A DNA stretch of 64,000 nt from Selaginella moellendorffii. Lineage: Eukaryota; Plantae; Lycopodiophyta. The position numbers and the translations under genes were made by a program. How positions within the stretch are numbered: the first letter of the stretch is position 1; every line of letters starts with the position of its first letter. Below the pieces are notes generated by a model. The model was given only the letters and a program-made list of their open reading frames with translations, was not told where the DNA came from and ran no database searches. The DNA lies in the NCBI RefSeq assembly GCF_000143415.4, contig NW_003314293.1, forward strand, positions 62,001 through 126,000, written 5' to 3'. Shown in pieces: positions 24,453 through 35,624 of the stretch.

Positions 24453-26196
24453 ATGGCGGATTCGTCCTCCGAGGCGGGGATTATCGAGCAGCTGCGAGCG
24501 CTCGTTTCGGATCTGTCGCTCATGGTGAGATGACATTTTCTCTCTCTTTTCACTTCTTCGTGTGTTTCTAGGTCTCCTATAAGTGGCTGAGCAGGAAGTT
24601 TTTTATTTCATCCAATGTGGCAAAACGGTATGCTCGTCCTCTCCTATTTGGTTCTTCTTCTTTTTTTTTTTTATCTTCAAAGCTTTTGCAGGCTGCTCTA
24701 CAAGTTTGTAGAAAAATACGGGGACGGCTTGGAAGTCTTGTACTCTGTTTCGGGATGGACTCAAAGCCAACCTCGGAGTTATTCCGTTAAAGTAGTCAAG
24801 CTATCGCAGCTTGAAGGTCTGCCGATCTTAATCCTTTTGACAGTTCTTCTCTGCTCTGGAACTGACTTTCGATTTTTTTTTTCTTGATAGGAGCCAAAGC
24901 TCTTCTCGCGGAAGGGTCCTCCGTTCACATCTACAGCATCCAAGCTTCTGTCCCTAGAGATCCAGCGCTGGTGTGGAGTCCAGACAACGTCCAAGCCGAG
25001 GAGTTTTTTAACCAGCCTCTCGATGCTGTTAATTGCCTTCGTGATAACCGGTACGTATGAAAAAGCTCGCAGTGGCCGATGATACCATCTTTTATGTCAG
25101 GTTTAGCGGAGTATCATGTTCTCTCGTGAAACGGGATCACAAAGGAACAGTTTCCAGTTCTGCTCCAGCCTCTGAAAAAGCATCATTACCGCAAGGCTTG
25201 CCGCCTAAACCAGCTCTTATGAAGAATGAAACGAGCATTGCGGCGAAAGCTTCAAATGGTGAAACAAGTAATCCGTCAGGAAGTTCAAAGCAGGCGAACT
25301 CTACAAGGGGTGACAAAGGTAATGTCAGTGCAGGGACGGTAAAACAAGAAAATGGTGAAGGAAGGCGCGATGCAAACAAGCGCAAGGAAGGAAGTGCTAC
25401 AGCGCAAGGAAGCTCGATAGCCAACTTATGGGGGCGTCCATCAAACAATTCAAAGGCAAGTCCACCAAAGAATGGTTCTCCTCAAAAGCAATTACCCGGT
25501 GAGTGTGTGAGTTTGTTCTTTCTGCCATGGTTATCTGATTAACTTTCTTATAGGAAATGCCGATGCTTGCATAAATGCACTGGAAGAGCATGAAAACGGT
25601 GGTAGCAGTGACGACGATATTTCAAACTTTCGCCGCCTCAGGCGGGGTGGACAGAAGCGAAGGGTTGTTCTCGACGACGAAGTGTCCGAGCACAAGGAAG
25701 AAGAAGCAGCTTCGGAAGAAAAGGAAGAGGAAGAAGAAGAAGAAGTCATCAGCCTCATCTCTCCAGAGAAGAAAATCGAAGAGACGAAGCACGAAGATAA
25801 AGCATCGAATTCAAATTCGAGGAGCGGTGACGATAAACGCATGGACCCCAAAAAGAAGAGAAAAGTCCTCAGAACACGCATTGATGAGCGAGGACGCGAA
25901 GGTATGGGCTTCCATCTTTTCTCCGTTTTATTATCGCAAAGCTGATCGATGGATTTGCAGTGACCGAGGTTGTCTGGGATACGGAAGAACCCGAAAGCTC
26001 GAAGATAGAAGAGATAGAAAAGGTGAAAGCTCCCAACAAAACTGCTGCTCCACCACCGCCACCTCCAGCAAGCAAGCATCCTGCTTCCAAGGCCTCCACC
26101 AGCAAAGCTTCCACAAAACCTTCGTCCAAGCCGGGCAAAAAAGCCGCTTGCGGTCCTCAACAAGGCAGCATAACTTCGTTCTTCAAGAAAAAGTGA
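24453..26196 (+). CDS. POLD3: DNA polymerase delta subunit 3 (Cdc27/p66), multi-exon
   Basis: N-terminal VSYKWLSR.F..SSN.AKRLL..FV, KRKVLRTRIDERGREVTEVVW, C-terminal PIP box QQGSITSFFKK. Confidence 0.92.
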
Positions 26197-27096
26197 GCTT
26201 CAAACGTTTTGTCTAATGGTTTTATTCCAGAATGATCTCTCTGGAGACATCCACAAGCTTCTGAGCTAAATCTTATTCTCCTCCAAACGAGTGCTGGTGG
26301 AATGAAGAAAAAAAGAAGGAAAACTAAGAGTTACAGATCAAACCATGGGCTCCATTCAAGTTGCGTGCTTCAAGCTCACTCTGGAACTATAAAATCAAGT
26401 TATTCCTCTATCAAATCGACCGCCACCTTTTCGGGGTTGTGTGTGCCAGCTGATAACTTATAAGAGAATCTGAGAGAAAAACAAACGAAAGTACTTCGAA
26501 AGGATTACATCTAAGAGAATCTCGCTCTTTGATCATATAAAACCTTACTTGACGATGTTTCAATTCTGTCAACTTGAGCAATTGATGACAGCCTTGAAGT
26601 GTATGTGCTGTTTGTTCTTATCACACTGCATGGAATTTGGCATTGATTCCGGAATGGGCTTTTGCTTTGGAAAGTAGAGGGTAGAAATCGCTCCAGAAAA
26701 GCATAGGAAAAATTTGATGATCTCATTTGAAAGATCGTCAAATCAACACCTTGAGGAAACAAAGTATTCGTCTCATAGAAAACTCGTGAACGAGATACTG
26801 ACGAATCGAAGCTGCTCCAACGCCCGCCATCGCTCGATCGCTATTCCCAGATTTCGCGTATCGTCGTGGCGCGGTTTGGACCGTTAGATCTTGATCCTGG
26901 ATCCAACGGCATCGCGTATATCTCCTCGGCGATGGAATATTAGGGTTCTTGCGCGGCATGCCGCCGGGGTGCTCGAGTCGCAATGTGGGATCCATGACGC
27001 TCCCTGGCGATGGATTTCGCCGGGGAGAAGCTGAGAAGCTGAATCGCGAGTGATAATCTCTGTGCTCGAGCGAATTCGTTGTGATTTCTGGCCGCA

Positions 27097-30031
27097 ATGG
27101 AGCAGCATTCGTGGAAATATTTTCTTCTTCTCGGGGTCTTGCTCGTCTCGGCCGCGGCCGAGACGGATCCAGTCGACGCCGAGGCGCTGCAATCGTTCCA
27201 GAAGGGCTTGAGCAACGGGGAGATTCTCCAGTGGAGCGGCACCGATCCGTGCGGCGCGGCGTGGAAGCACGTCCAGTGCCGGGGGAAATCCGTGACAGGG
27301 ATCGATGTGGCGTTTCTGGGGCTCCAGGGGATCGTCTCGCCATCGCTCAACCGGCTCTCCAATCTCGAGTACCTCGGGATGCAAGGGAACGCTCTATCTG
27401 GATCCATGCCCTCGCTTGCCGGGATGGCCAACCTCAAGATCGCCTACTTCGACAACAACGATTTCTCCTCCATCCCGGGGGATTTCTTCGCAGGCCTCGA
27501 ATCCCTCGCGGCGATCTACCTCGACAACAATCCTCTCAACGGCACGGCCGGATGGGAGCTCCCGGTGGATATTTCGCACCTGGGAGCTCTCGCGAACCTC
27601 TCCCTCACGAACTCCAGCGTCGTGGGGAGCATCCCAGCGTTCCTGGGAGCGATGCCGCAGCTCAAGGTCTTGAATCTCGCCTACAATCGCCTCACCGGTG
27701 GGATCCCTCCCTCGTTTGTAAGTTCCAATCTCGTCCAGCTCCAGGCCAACAACATGCAAGGCCCGGTTCTCACAGGCCCGATCGACGCTGTGGGCGGCAT
27801 GGGATCGCTCGTCCAGCTATGGCTCCAGGTGAACGAGATCGCTGGAACCATCCCACGGGGGCTGGGCAACGCGCTCGCGCTCCAGGATCTCAAGCTCAAC
27901 GACAATCGCCTCACAGGACCCATTCCAGCGAGCTTGGCAGAGCTTCCACTCGCGATCCTTTCAGTGGACAACAACGAGCTCATCGGTGTTCTTCCGGCCT
28001 TCAAGCCCACGACCAAGGTCCTCGCTACTGGGAATAACTTCTGCCAGGCGGTCCCGGGGCTGCGATGCTCTCACGACGTGGAGACGCTGCTCGAGTTTAT
28101 CGGGGAGTTTGGCTACCCGGCATCGATCGTCTCGTCGTGGAAGGGCGACGATCCCTGCCTCTGGACGGGGATCGTCTGTGACTCGGGGAAGCGGGTGTCG
28201 GTGATCGATCTCGCGGGGAGCCAGCTCGTGGGTCGGCTCTCTCCGGCGCTGGTGAATCTCACGGCGCTCACGGTGCTGAGGCTCAACGGGAACAACATCA
28301 GTGGCGGCATTCCTCCGGTGCTCACCAGCATGAAATCGCTCCAGCAAGTCGACTTACACAACAATAACTTGTCTGGCGATCTTCCACAGTTCCCCGAGTC
28401 CGTGAAGACGAATTTCCAGGGGAATCCTTTGCTGCTCCAGAGCTTGCCACCCGTGACTTCTCCTCCAGTTACTCCTGCGCAGCCGTCTGGTTCTTCTGGC
28501 GGGGGTGGTGGTGCTAAGAACACGAACACCACGGTGGCGAACAATGCGACGGCGGCGGAGGTTTTGCCGAGGAGCCAGCACAATTCCGTGAAAGCTGGAC
28601 TGATTGCGGGGCCAGTGGTGGGAGCGGTCTCTCTGCTCGCCATTGGGCTCGCGCTTTCCTTCCTGTTCTACAAGAGGTCCGAGAAGCGGTTTGTGAGAGT
28701 CCAGGGCCCGACAATGGTGGTGCATCCGAGGGACTCAAGCTCCGAGGACATTGTGAAGATCATCGTTCCTGGCGGTGCCGGCAACAACGTGAACTCACGC
28801 AGCCTTGTGGAGACGGCGTCCGTCAACTCCAACGGGACCGACGTCCAAGTTGTGGAGGCTGGGAACCTGGTGATCTCGATCCACGTCCTGCGAAACGCTA
28901 CGCGAAACTTTAGCGAGGAAACTGTTCTCGGCCGGGGAGGATTCGGAGCGGTGTACAGGGGGCAATTGGACGACGGCACCAACATAGCTGTGAAGCGAAT
29001 GGAGGCTTCGTCCGTGGTAAGCAGCAAGGGCGTCAGCGAGTTCCATGCCGAGATAGCTGTTCTAAGCAAGGTCAGGCACCGTCACCTGGTGGCTCTTCTC
29101 GGGTACTGCATCGACGGCAACGAGAAGCTTCTCGTGTACGAGTATCTCCCGCAGGGCGCACTGAGCCACCATCTCTTCGAGTACCGGCGGATGAGACTCA
29201 AGCCTCTGGAGTGGAAGCGGCGGCTGGCGATTGCTCTGGACGTTGCCCGTGGGATGGAGTACCTCCACGGCCTGGCATACAAGAGTTTCATCCACCGGGA
29301 CCTTAAGCCGTCGAACATCCTGCTGGACGATGATCTCCGCGCAAAGGTGGCGGACTTTGGCCTGGTGAAGCTGGCACCCGAGGGGAAATACTCGGTGGAG
29401 ACGAGGCTGGCGGGGACGTTTGGCTACCTGGCCCCGGAGTACGCAGGTAAAAGGCAGGCTTTTGTTTGGATTTCTTGCTTCTGATGACAAGTTGTTTGCA
29501 GTGACCGGGAGGGTGACAACCAAAGCCGATGTTTTCAGCTTCGGAGTGGTGCTCCTGGAGCTGATAAGCGGGCGGCGCGCGCTGGACGAGTCCCAGCCGG
29601 AGGAAAACATGCATCTGGTGACCTGGTACCGGCGGATAACGAGCTCCAGCAGCAAGGAGTCGCTGCTGCGGATCATCGACCCGGTGCTCGGGGTGGGCGA
29701 CGTCTTCCACAGCGTGTACACGGTCTCGGAGCTGGCGCGTCACTGCACGGCACGGGAGCCGTATCAGCGCCCCGACATGGGCCACGCAGTGAGCGTGCTG
29801 TCGCCGCTGGTGGATCAGTGGAAGCCGGCGGACCAGGACGGGGAGGAGAGCGCGGGCATCGACCTGAGCTTGACGCTGCCGCAGGCGCTCAAAAAGTGGC
29901 AGGCGTACGAGGAGGACAGCAGCAGCGGCGCTGCGAGCCGGAGGATGCTGGACGACTACGACAGCCACGACAGCTTGCCGACGAGGCCGGCGGGATTCGC
30001 CGAGGCTTTCACTGCCGCCGATGGGCGATGA
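27097..30031 (+). CDS. TMK: TMK-type LRR receptor-like kinase (LRR-IX), one intron at about 29447-29500
   Basis: Signal peptide, LRRs interrupted by a WKGDDPC island, TM helix, EAGNLVISIHVLR, HRDLKPSNILL, DFG, ETRLAGTFGYLAPEY, C-terminal SLPTRPAGFAEAFT.ADGR. Confidence 0.96.
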
Positions 30032-31606
30032 TGGTCACAGGTTCGCTCGCTCTTCTTTCTTTACTTCTTTTTCTAGAGGACTTCTGGGAGGCCATCGCTG
30101 GGATCGAGATCACGAGCAGGGAAATCGAGATGGATGAGACGATCAATCAAAACCTCAGGGAAAACGCAGGAAAAAGAAGATCACAGGTCCCAAGCACGAG
30201 AGCTAAGGCTGACAGTGGAAGAGGGAGAATCATGGTTGGCTCTTCGGGCTCTCCCCGAGGTGGAGTAAAATTCTCGCTCCCAAGGTAGTGTAAGTCTGCA
30301 AAGTGCTAGGAGTTTTATCTTTTTTTACCATCTCTTTATCCATCTTTTTTATTCTATGTGATCAACTAGCCATCTAAAGTATGAAAATGTATAGATGTTT
30401 GCTCTAAACAGTGGTCATCCAATCACCAGAAGATATATTTTAACTAAAGCTGTTTGGACAAGCCTCTATCCTCTGCTCTTTTTTAGTATTGTGGATGTCA
30501 ACATCCATCCAGGCAGCCAGCGATTGTCACGGACAAAGAACCCCTTCTTTTCAATTTTTTTGACGAGCTTTCCTTTGTCTCTGGCTCATGCCAGGACGTA
30601 AGCTAAGATTAACACGCTAAACTATAACAAGGACGCACAGAAACCATGGCCGCTGACTCCGCGACTAAGCTATCTATCAACCGAGAGCTTAGAGAAGAGA
30701 AGAAGAAGCTTAGTTCCAAACTAAGGACAAAGACGAGAAAACTCAACTCAAAAGCTGCCAAACTCCTTCGCTTAAGCGCGAGCGAGAGGCCCTCGGCTTG
30801 ATCCAATCCGTCATTATTGGAAGAAGTTCCCAACAACGAAAAGGGCGAGCGGGACACTGCTTTCCAGCTTGGAACACACATACTACACACTCACTCACAC
30901 AATGCATACACACACACAGAGACAGGCCCGCCAGTCCGGTCCAATCCATAAAAAGAAGCAGGGGAAAAGAGACCAAACACTACACTGGACTGCACCACTG
31001 CGAAGAACCAGCCCAGACGAAAAGAAGAGAAAAAAAGACAAAGAAATGCGCCTAAAAGAATTGAATGCTCGGACAGACCTGGCGGCTTCTGGATAGCGAG
31101 ATTCGACGATGGGATATATTCTCCGAGCGTGATTAGCAAGAGGAAGAAAAGCGCGCTTCATAAAGTCCGGGAGTGGAATAAACTGGCTCTGTGGTGGCCC
31201 TGCCCTTGATAGGCTATCTTGTGCGTGATTGACGGGTTGACAAAGCGTCGCTCTGTGACAATCCAACAAACAATGTATCGGCAAGGAATAGTAGAGAGGA
31301 ACAAGCTACTTACCGCGAGCTGGCCTTGCGCAGAGCCAGCACGACGATGAAAGTTCTTCCAAGAAAATAAGGACACACTCGTCCCTACAAACATCTGTAG
31401 AGAAAACATTAAAAAGTTAGCTGGCAAACACAGCCATTGTTCGAATGTTGATGGATAGAGGCCCGGAAAACATCCAGAACGCCAGTGTACCTGCAACTCG
31501 GAACAAAATGAGCGGACAGCCGTGCAGAGTGCTACATGCGATTCATAAAGGAAAAAGAGGAGTACCTCACAGATTTACGTGACTAAGTTGGACGAGTCGA
31601 ATCGCC

Positions 31607-33133
31607 CTACATGAGAAAGCCTGAACTCTCCCAGCCGCCTTGTTTTGACAGATAGATCCGTGTCGCCTCTTTGAGAGTCTGCGACTTCAAGAGCCCCTCT
31701 GCGCGAGTTCGACCTGACGGATGCGTGGAGATGTACTGGACATACTCGGGGAGTTTTTGCAGCTCTCCCAGCTTGAGATAAACTCCTGGAGCAATTCTGG
31801 GATCGTAGCCAGCCGCAGCCATGACTAGAGCTCCGATATGGTCGGCTTCAATCTCCATCCTAACGGGGAAATGTAAAAAGTGTTAAACAGAACTTAAACG
31901 AAACGGATTCTTACTTCCTAGAGAACGGAAGCCTCAGCAAGAGATCGGAAGCTGGACCGACGATGTTGGGAGCCTGGACAACGACTAGGAACAGCAACTC
32001 GATGAAACCAATGAAGATGCTTCGTGTAAGCATCTCTCCAGTGTGCCTGGCAATTGCGTGGCCAACCTGCACGAAATCGCACGATAAACAAACACCAAAA
32101 CTTGAGAACCCGTGGGAGGAGAGGAGCTCACCTCATGTCCGAGGACCGTCGCTAGTTCCTCGTCGTGAGGAAACGCCTTCAAGAGCCCCGTGAAGACGAT
32201 GATCTTACCACCCGGCAAGCATGCAGCGTTCACCACGTTGGCATCCACCACAACGATCTCCCACTTGAAGTGATCGACGTGCTGCGTTTGAGCCTTGCGT
32301 CCCTTTTCCTTGGCAGTCTTTCGGCAGTCCTCGACCCACACATCGTCCACCGCACTCTCGTTCTCACGGTACAGATCTTTCTCCCCAAGTTTCATAAAAA
32401 ACGTTGGCTGTTCCACGTCCTCGGCTGGTCCTAGCACGTAATCTCGGCTCCTCGCGGAAGGCAGTTTCTTCGACACATCCGGAGTGTACTCCAGCTGATT
32501 TTTTCCAGTGGCATGAATCCCTTCCATCGCCGAGTTGATCGAGTTCTGAGCGATCCTGGCGACTCGAACGACAGCCGGGTGGTAAGGTGGCAAGATCCTG
32601 TTCTGGAATTGTTTCTTCATCTAAGGAAAAAAACGAAGGATCATAGTTAGAGAACAAAGTAGAAGAAAGAATTCACTTACATTGTTGAAAGTTGTCTCGC
32701 CAAGCATCGCTTCCATCTGCGGGGATATGAGAACCAGATGCTTCCGGTTCGTGTATGGAACCACCTCCAAATGGGTGTAGTAGAAGTAAACCATGAAGCC
32801 ACCGATGCAGCCAGCAACGAGAAGGAATTTCTGAGAGACACCACCTCCTGCATTGGCCCATCCTCTCATCCCTCCCAGGCTCCTTTGCTCGAAATGCCGG
32901 ACACCATATCGATCGACGTAGTAGGACCTCTGGCTGAGCTTTCTACAATCCAAGCCAGCGCTCTCGATGAAGAAACTCTTGGAAGAAAAATTCCTGCGCT
33001 GTAAGAGGCCATCTAGATAGGAATCGATGGCGCCGGACCGCGATCGCGGCTTGCCAGCGCTCGGCGATGGCGAAATGGAGCTGATCGCGAGCTTGCCGCC
33101 GAAGCGCGACCATACCTGGCGGATGATCCCCAT
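31607..33133 (-). CDS. OMA1: OMA1-like mitochondrial metalloendopeptidase (M48), 4 exons
   Basis: EVVPYTNRKHLVL, VNAACLPGGKIIVFTGLL, LGHE|VGHAIARH (HExxH across an intron), EIEADHIG..MAAAGYDP, STHPS. Confidence 0.93.
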
Positions 33134-33247
33134 CGCCGCCGGGCTCAAGAAATCGCCCTAAAATAGTTTTTGAAACGTAAGGAAATTAAAAGCTTTTGCG
33201 AATCGAACCGGTTAGTTCGCAGACCAAACAAAATGTAATAGCAACAT

Positions 33248-33318
33248 TGCACTGCCCGGGAATCGAACCCGGGTCTGTTCCGTGGCAGGGAACTATTCTA
33301 CCACTAGACCAGCAGTGC
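33248..33318 (-). tRNA. trnG-GCC: tRNA-Gly (GCC)
   Basis: GCACTGCTGGTCTAGTGGTAGAATAGTTCCCTGCCACGGAACAGACCCGGGTTCGATTCCCGGGCAGTGCA. Confidence 0.96.
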
Positions 33319-33413
33319 TAGGAATGATAACCTATTCTCATGGAATTTTCTCGGGGTTATGGGTGAAGGTTAAGGGTTTAAGGTGGTTTAGGGTTCTATG
33401 CTTGTGGGGGTTT

Positions 33414-34502
33414 ATGGCTTCCAGGAGACTGGCAGCGGCTTTGCGATCTCACGCGCGGATCTTCGAGAATGTGAGTGGATTCTCGTCTAATCACAGGGGA
33501 TTCTTCTCGGCCAGCGCCAGAGAGCCAGCATTCTATCTCGATCGCGCAGGAGGGTTTTTTCTGTTCGTGCGGCATCACACCGATGGCGCTGTGACGCAGT
33601 CGGTGTTTAGCCCCTTCAAATCCGTGAGGCTGGGCAAGCAAAAGGGGCACCTGTGGCGGACGCGCAAGACACTGTCGCGGGAGACGCAGCTGGTTGTGAG
33701 CGATCTGGTGAGGCACAAGAGCGAGCCGGAGAGGGTGAGCAGCATCATCAAGACCAAGGTGTCGCGGCTGCTCAAGCTCGATCTTTTTGGAGCGCTGCGG
33801 GAGCTCCAGCGGCAGCTAGAAGGCGAGCTCGCTCTCAAGGTGAGTATTTGCATTGTTCTTCCTTCTATCTTAGCTTGTTCTTCCTGGAACTTATCGATCG
33901 CTTCTCATTTTTTTCCCTTCTATCTTTTGAGCTTGTACTTCTTGATTGCTTCTCTGGTTTTTCTCTCCTATCTTAAGTTTTTGAGCTTGTACTTCTTGAT
34001 TGCTTCTCTGGTTTTTCTCTCCTATCTTAAGTTTTTGAGCTTGTTCTTCCTAGACTACTACTCGACCGATCGCTCATTCTCATCACCTTTGACACTTCCT
34101 TCCCAGGTGTTCTACGAAATAAAAAAGGAGGAGTGGTACACGCCCGACATCCTGCAGTACGCAAAGATGCTGGGCTGCCTCGCCAAGGCAGGGCTGACAT
34201 CGCAAGCCGAGAAGCTGTTCGAGGAGATGCAGAGCGTGGACGGGTTGGAGCCGGAGCTCAACACGTACACGGAGTACCTGCGCTCGCTCATCTTCTCGAG
34301 GCAAGTGGACAAGGTCCATGCGACGGTGCGCGAGATGAAAGAGCAGGGGTGTCCGCCCGACTTGGTGGTGTACAAGGTGCTGTGGGTGGGGCTCAACGCG
34401 GTGCACAAGCCCAAGGACGCCGAGTTTTACAGGAATGAATTGCTCGAGGCCCAGACTCGCAGGCAGCATGAGCGGCTGCCAGTGGAGGAGATTGAAGTGT
34501 AA
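33414..34502 (+). CDS. THA8L: Short P-class PPR protein, THA8/THA8-like, intron 33840-34106
   Basis: HLWRTRK, VSRLLKLDL..LRELQRQ.E.ELALK|VF.EI.KEEWY.PD signature; the intron contains a ~54-bp tandem duplication. Confidence 0.85.
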   Translation: MASRRLAAALRSHARIFENVSGFSSNHRGFFSASAREPAFYLDRAGGFFLFVRHHTDGAVTQSVFSPFKSVRLGKQKGHLWRTRKTLSRETQLVVSDLVRHKSEPERVSSIIKTKVSRLLKLDLFGALRELQRQLEGELALKVSICIVLPSILACSSWNLSIASHFFPFYLLSLYFLIASLVFLSYLKFLSLYFLIASLVFLSYLKFLSLFFLDYYSTDRSFSSPLTLPSQVFYEIKKEEWYTPDILQYAKMLGCLAKAGLTSQAEKLFEEMQSVDGLEPELNTYTEYLRSLIFSRQVDKVHATVREMKEQGCPPDLVVYKVLWVGLNAVHKPKDAEFYRNELLEAQTRRQHERLPVEEIEV

Positions 34503-35099
34503 GGGCACCCTGTAATTCGTAGAGTAAACTATAACTGAAGACAACCTTGTGACAACCAAAGTCAATCTGAGTCAACTGAAGACAACTAAACACAAACAAA
34601 AAACAAAGCAATCCATGCAAATGGCCTGAGAAAAATTAATCCAGCTTTCTTTGCTATAAAATATTCACTAGCATCTTCCTGGCTATGCAGCTTGTCTGAA
34701 TAGCTGTCTGTGCAGGGGTGGCATTTTTTTTCCAATGTGTGATGATGCAAAGGAGTGTGCAATGCTCCTGGACACAAGTCCTAGGGACACATACTTCTGA
34801 GTCTCATGAGCTTGGTCAGGAATGAGAGGGATGAATCTCATGAGCTCGGTCACAAACGAGAGAAAGCTTCATTCTAGCTTCTCTCATTCATGTCATTCAG
34901 GATCATCTAGGTTGTGCCTGGAAGAAAGGTGTGCAAGAGAGCCCTGGGCACTACCACAGAGTTATTGAAGGTAAGCTTTTCTTTCTCTTAAAGCTGCTTC
35001 ATTTATGCAATGTTCAGGTTTCCTGTGTTGGAGACCATTTGGGCTGTGACTGTGTAGGAGTTGGGGCAAGCCATGCAGTAAGTTTTTGTGTCCATGTTC

Positions 35100-35430
35100 A
35101 TGACAAGCTGGGATGGTAGAGTTTCATATTGATGGACAAGGAAGCCATCATCTGCTCTGGACATTAGTAGTGCAGCCTGCAATGGATGCTAGGAGCCAGA
35201 TTTCACATTCCAATTCATCAGTCTTGCATTGACATCTTCTTGAGAGAGTGGTTTGCACTAATCTTATGACCATGAATAAACTTATGTTTGAGCAGCCAGT
35301 GCAATAAAGAAGTAGTGTTCTGTTGGGGGATGGCACACGGCTTGGTATCCAGGGAGTCGGTAAATTCAAGCTCACTTTGGAAGATGGCAATGAAATAAGC
35401 TTCACAAACATTGAGAAAGTTTTTGATCAA
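35100..35430 (+). mobile_element. Copia pol (protease-region) remnant
   Basis: VGDGTRLGIQGVGKFKLTLEDGNEISFTNI matches the Copia G.G..V.G.G.V.L pattern also seen at 10250-10444. Confidence 0.55.
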
Positions 35431-35624
35431 GCTCACATTCCATCACCAAATAGTCAGGATCAAGCTTTAGTTCAACCATTTGACAACCAAGATCCAAATC
35501 AGATTCCATTAGTAAATAACAATGATTGAGTGGTTTATAGAATAAAGCAAAATTAACTTTTACAAATAAAAGGTGGTAATATATATATTTTACAACAATG
35601 ACTGTTGGTAGTAGTTTCATTCCA

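Noticed and set aside
26738-29968. Many overlapping alternative-frame and antisense ORFs over TMK
   Set aside because: Expected shadows of a GC-rich coding region
31140-31180. AAAGTCCGGG resembling the RNase P/MRP P4 strand
   Set aside because: No matching 3' P4 strand or other conserved regions found
33282-33413. N-terminal extension of the 406-aa THA8L ORF and its hydrophobic middle
   Set aside because: The extension overlaps tRNA-Gly antisense; the hydrophobic segment is the in-frame intron 33840-34106
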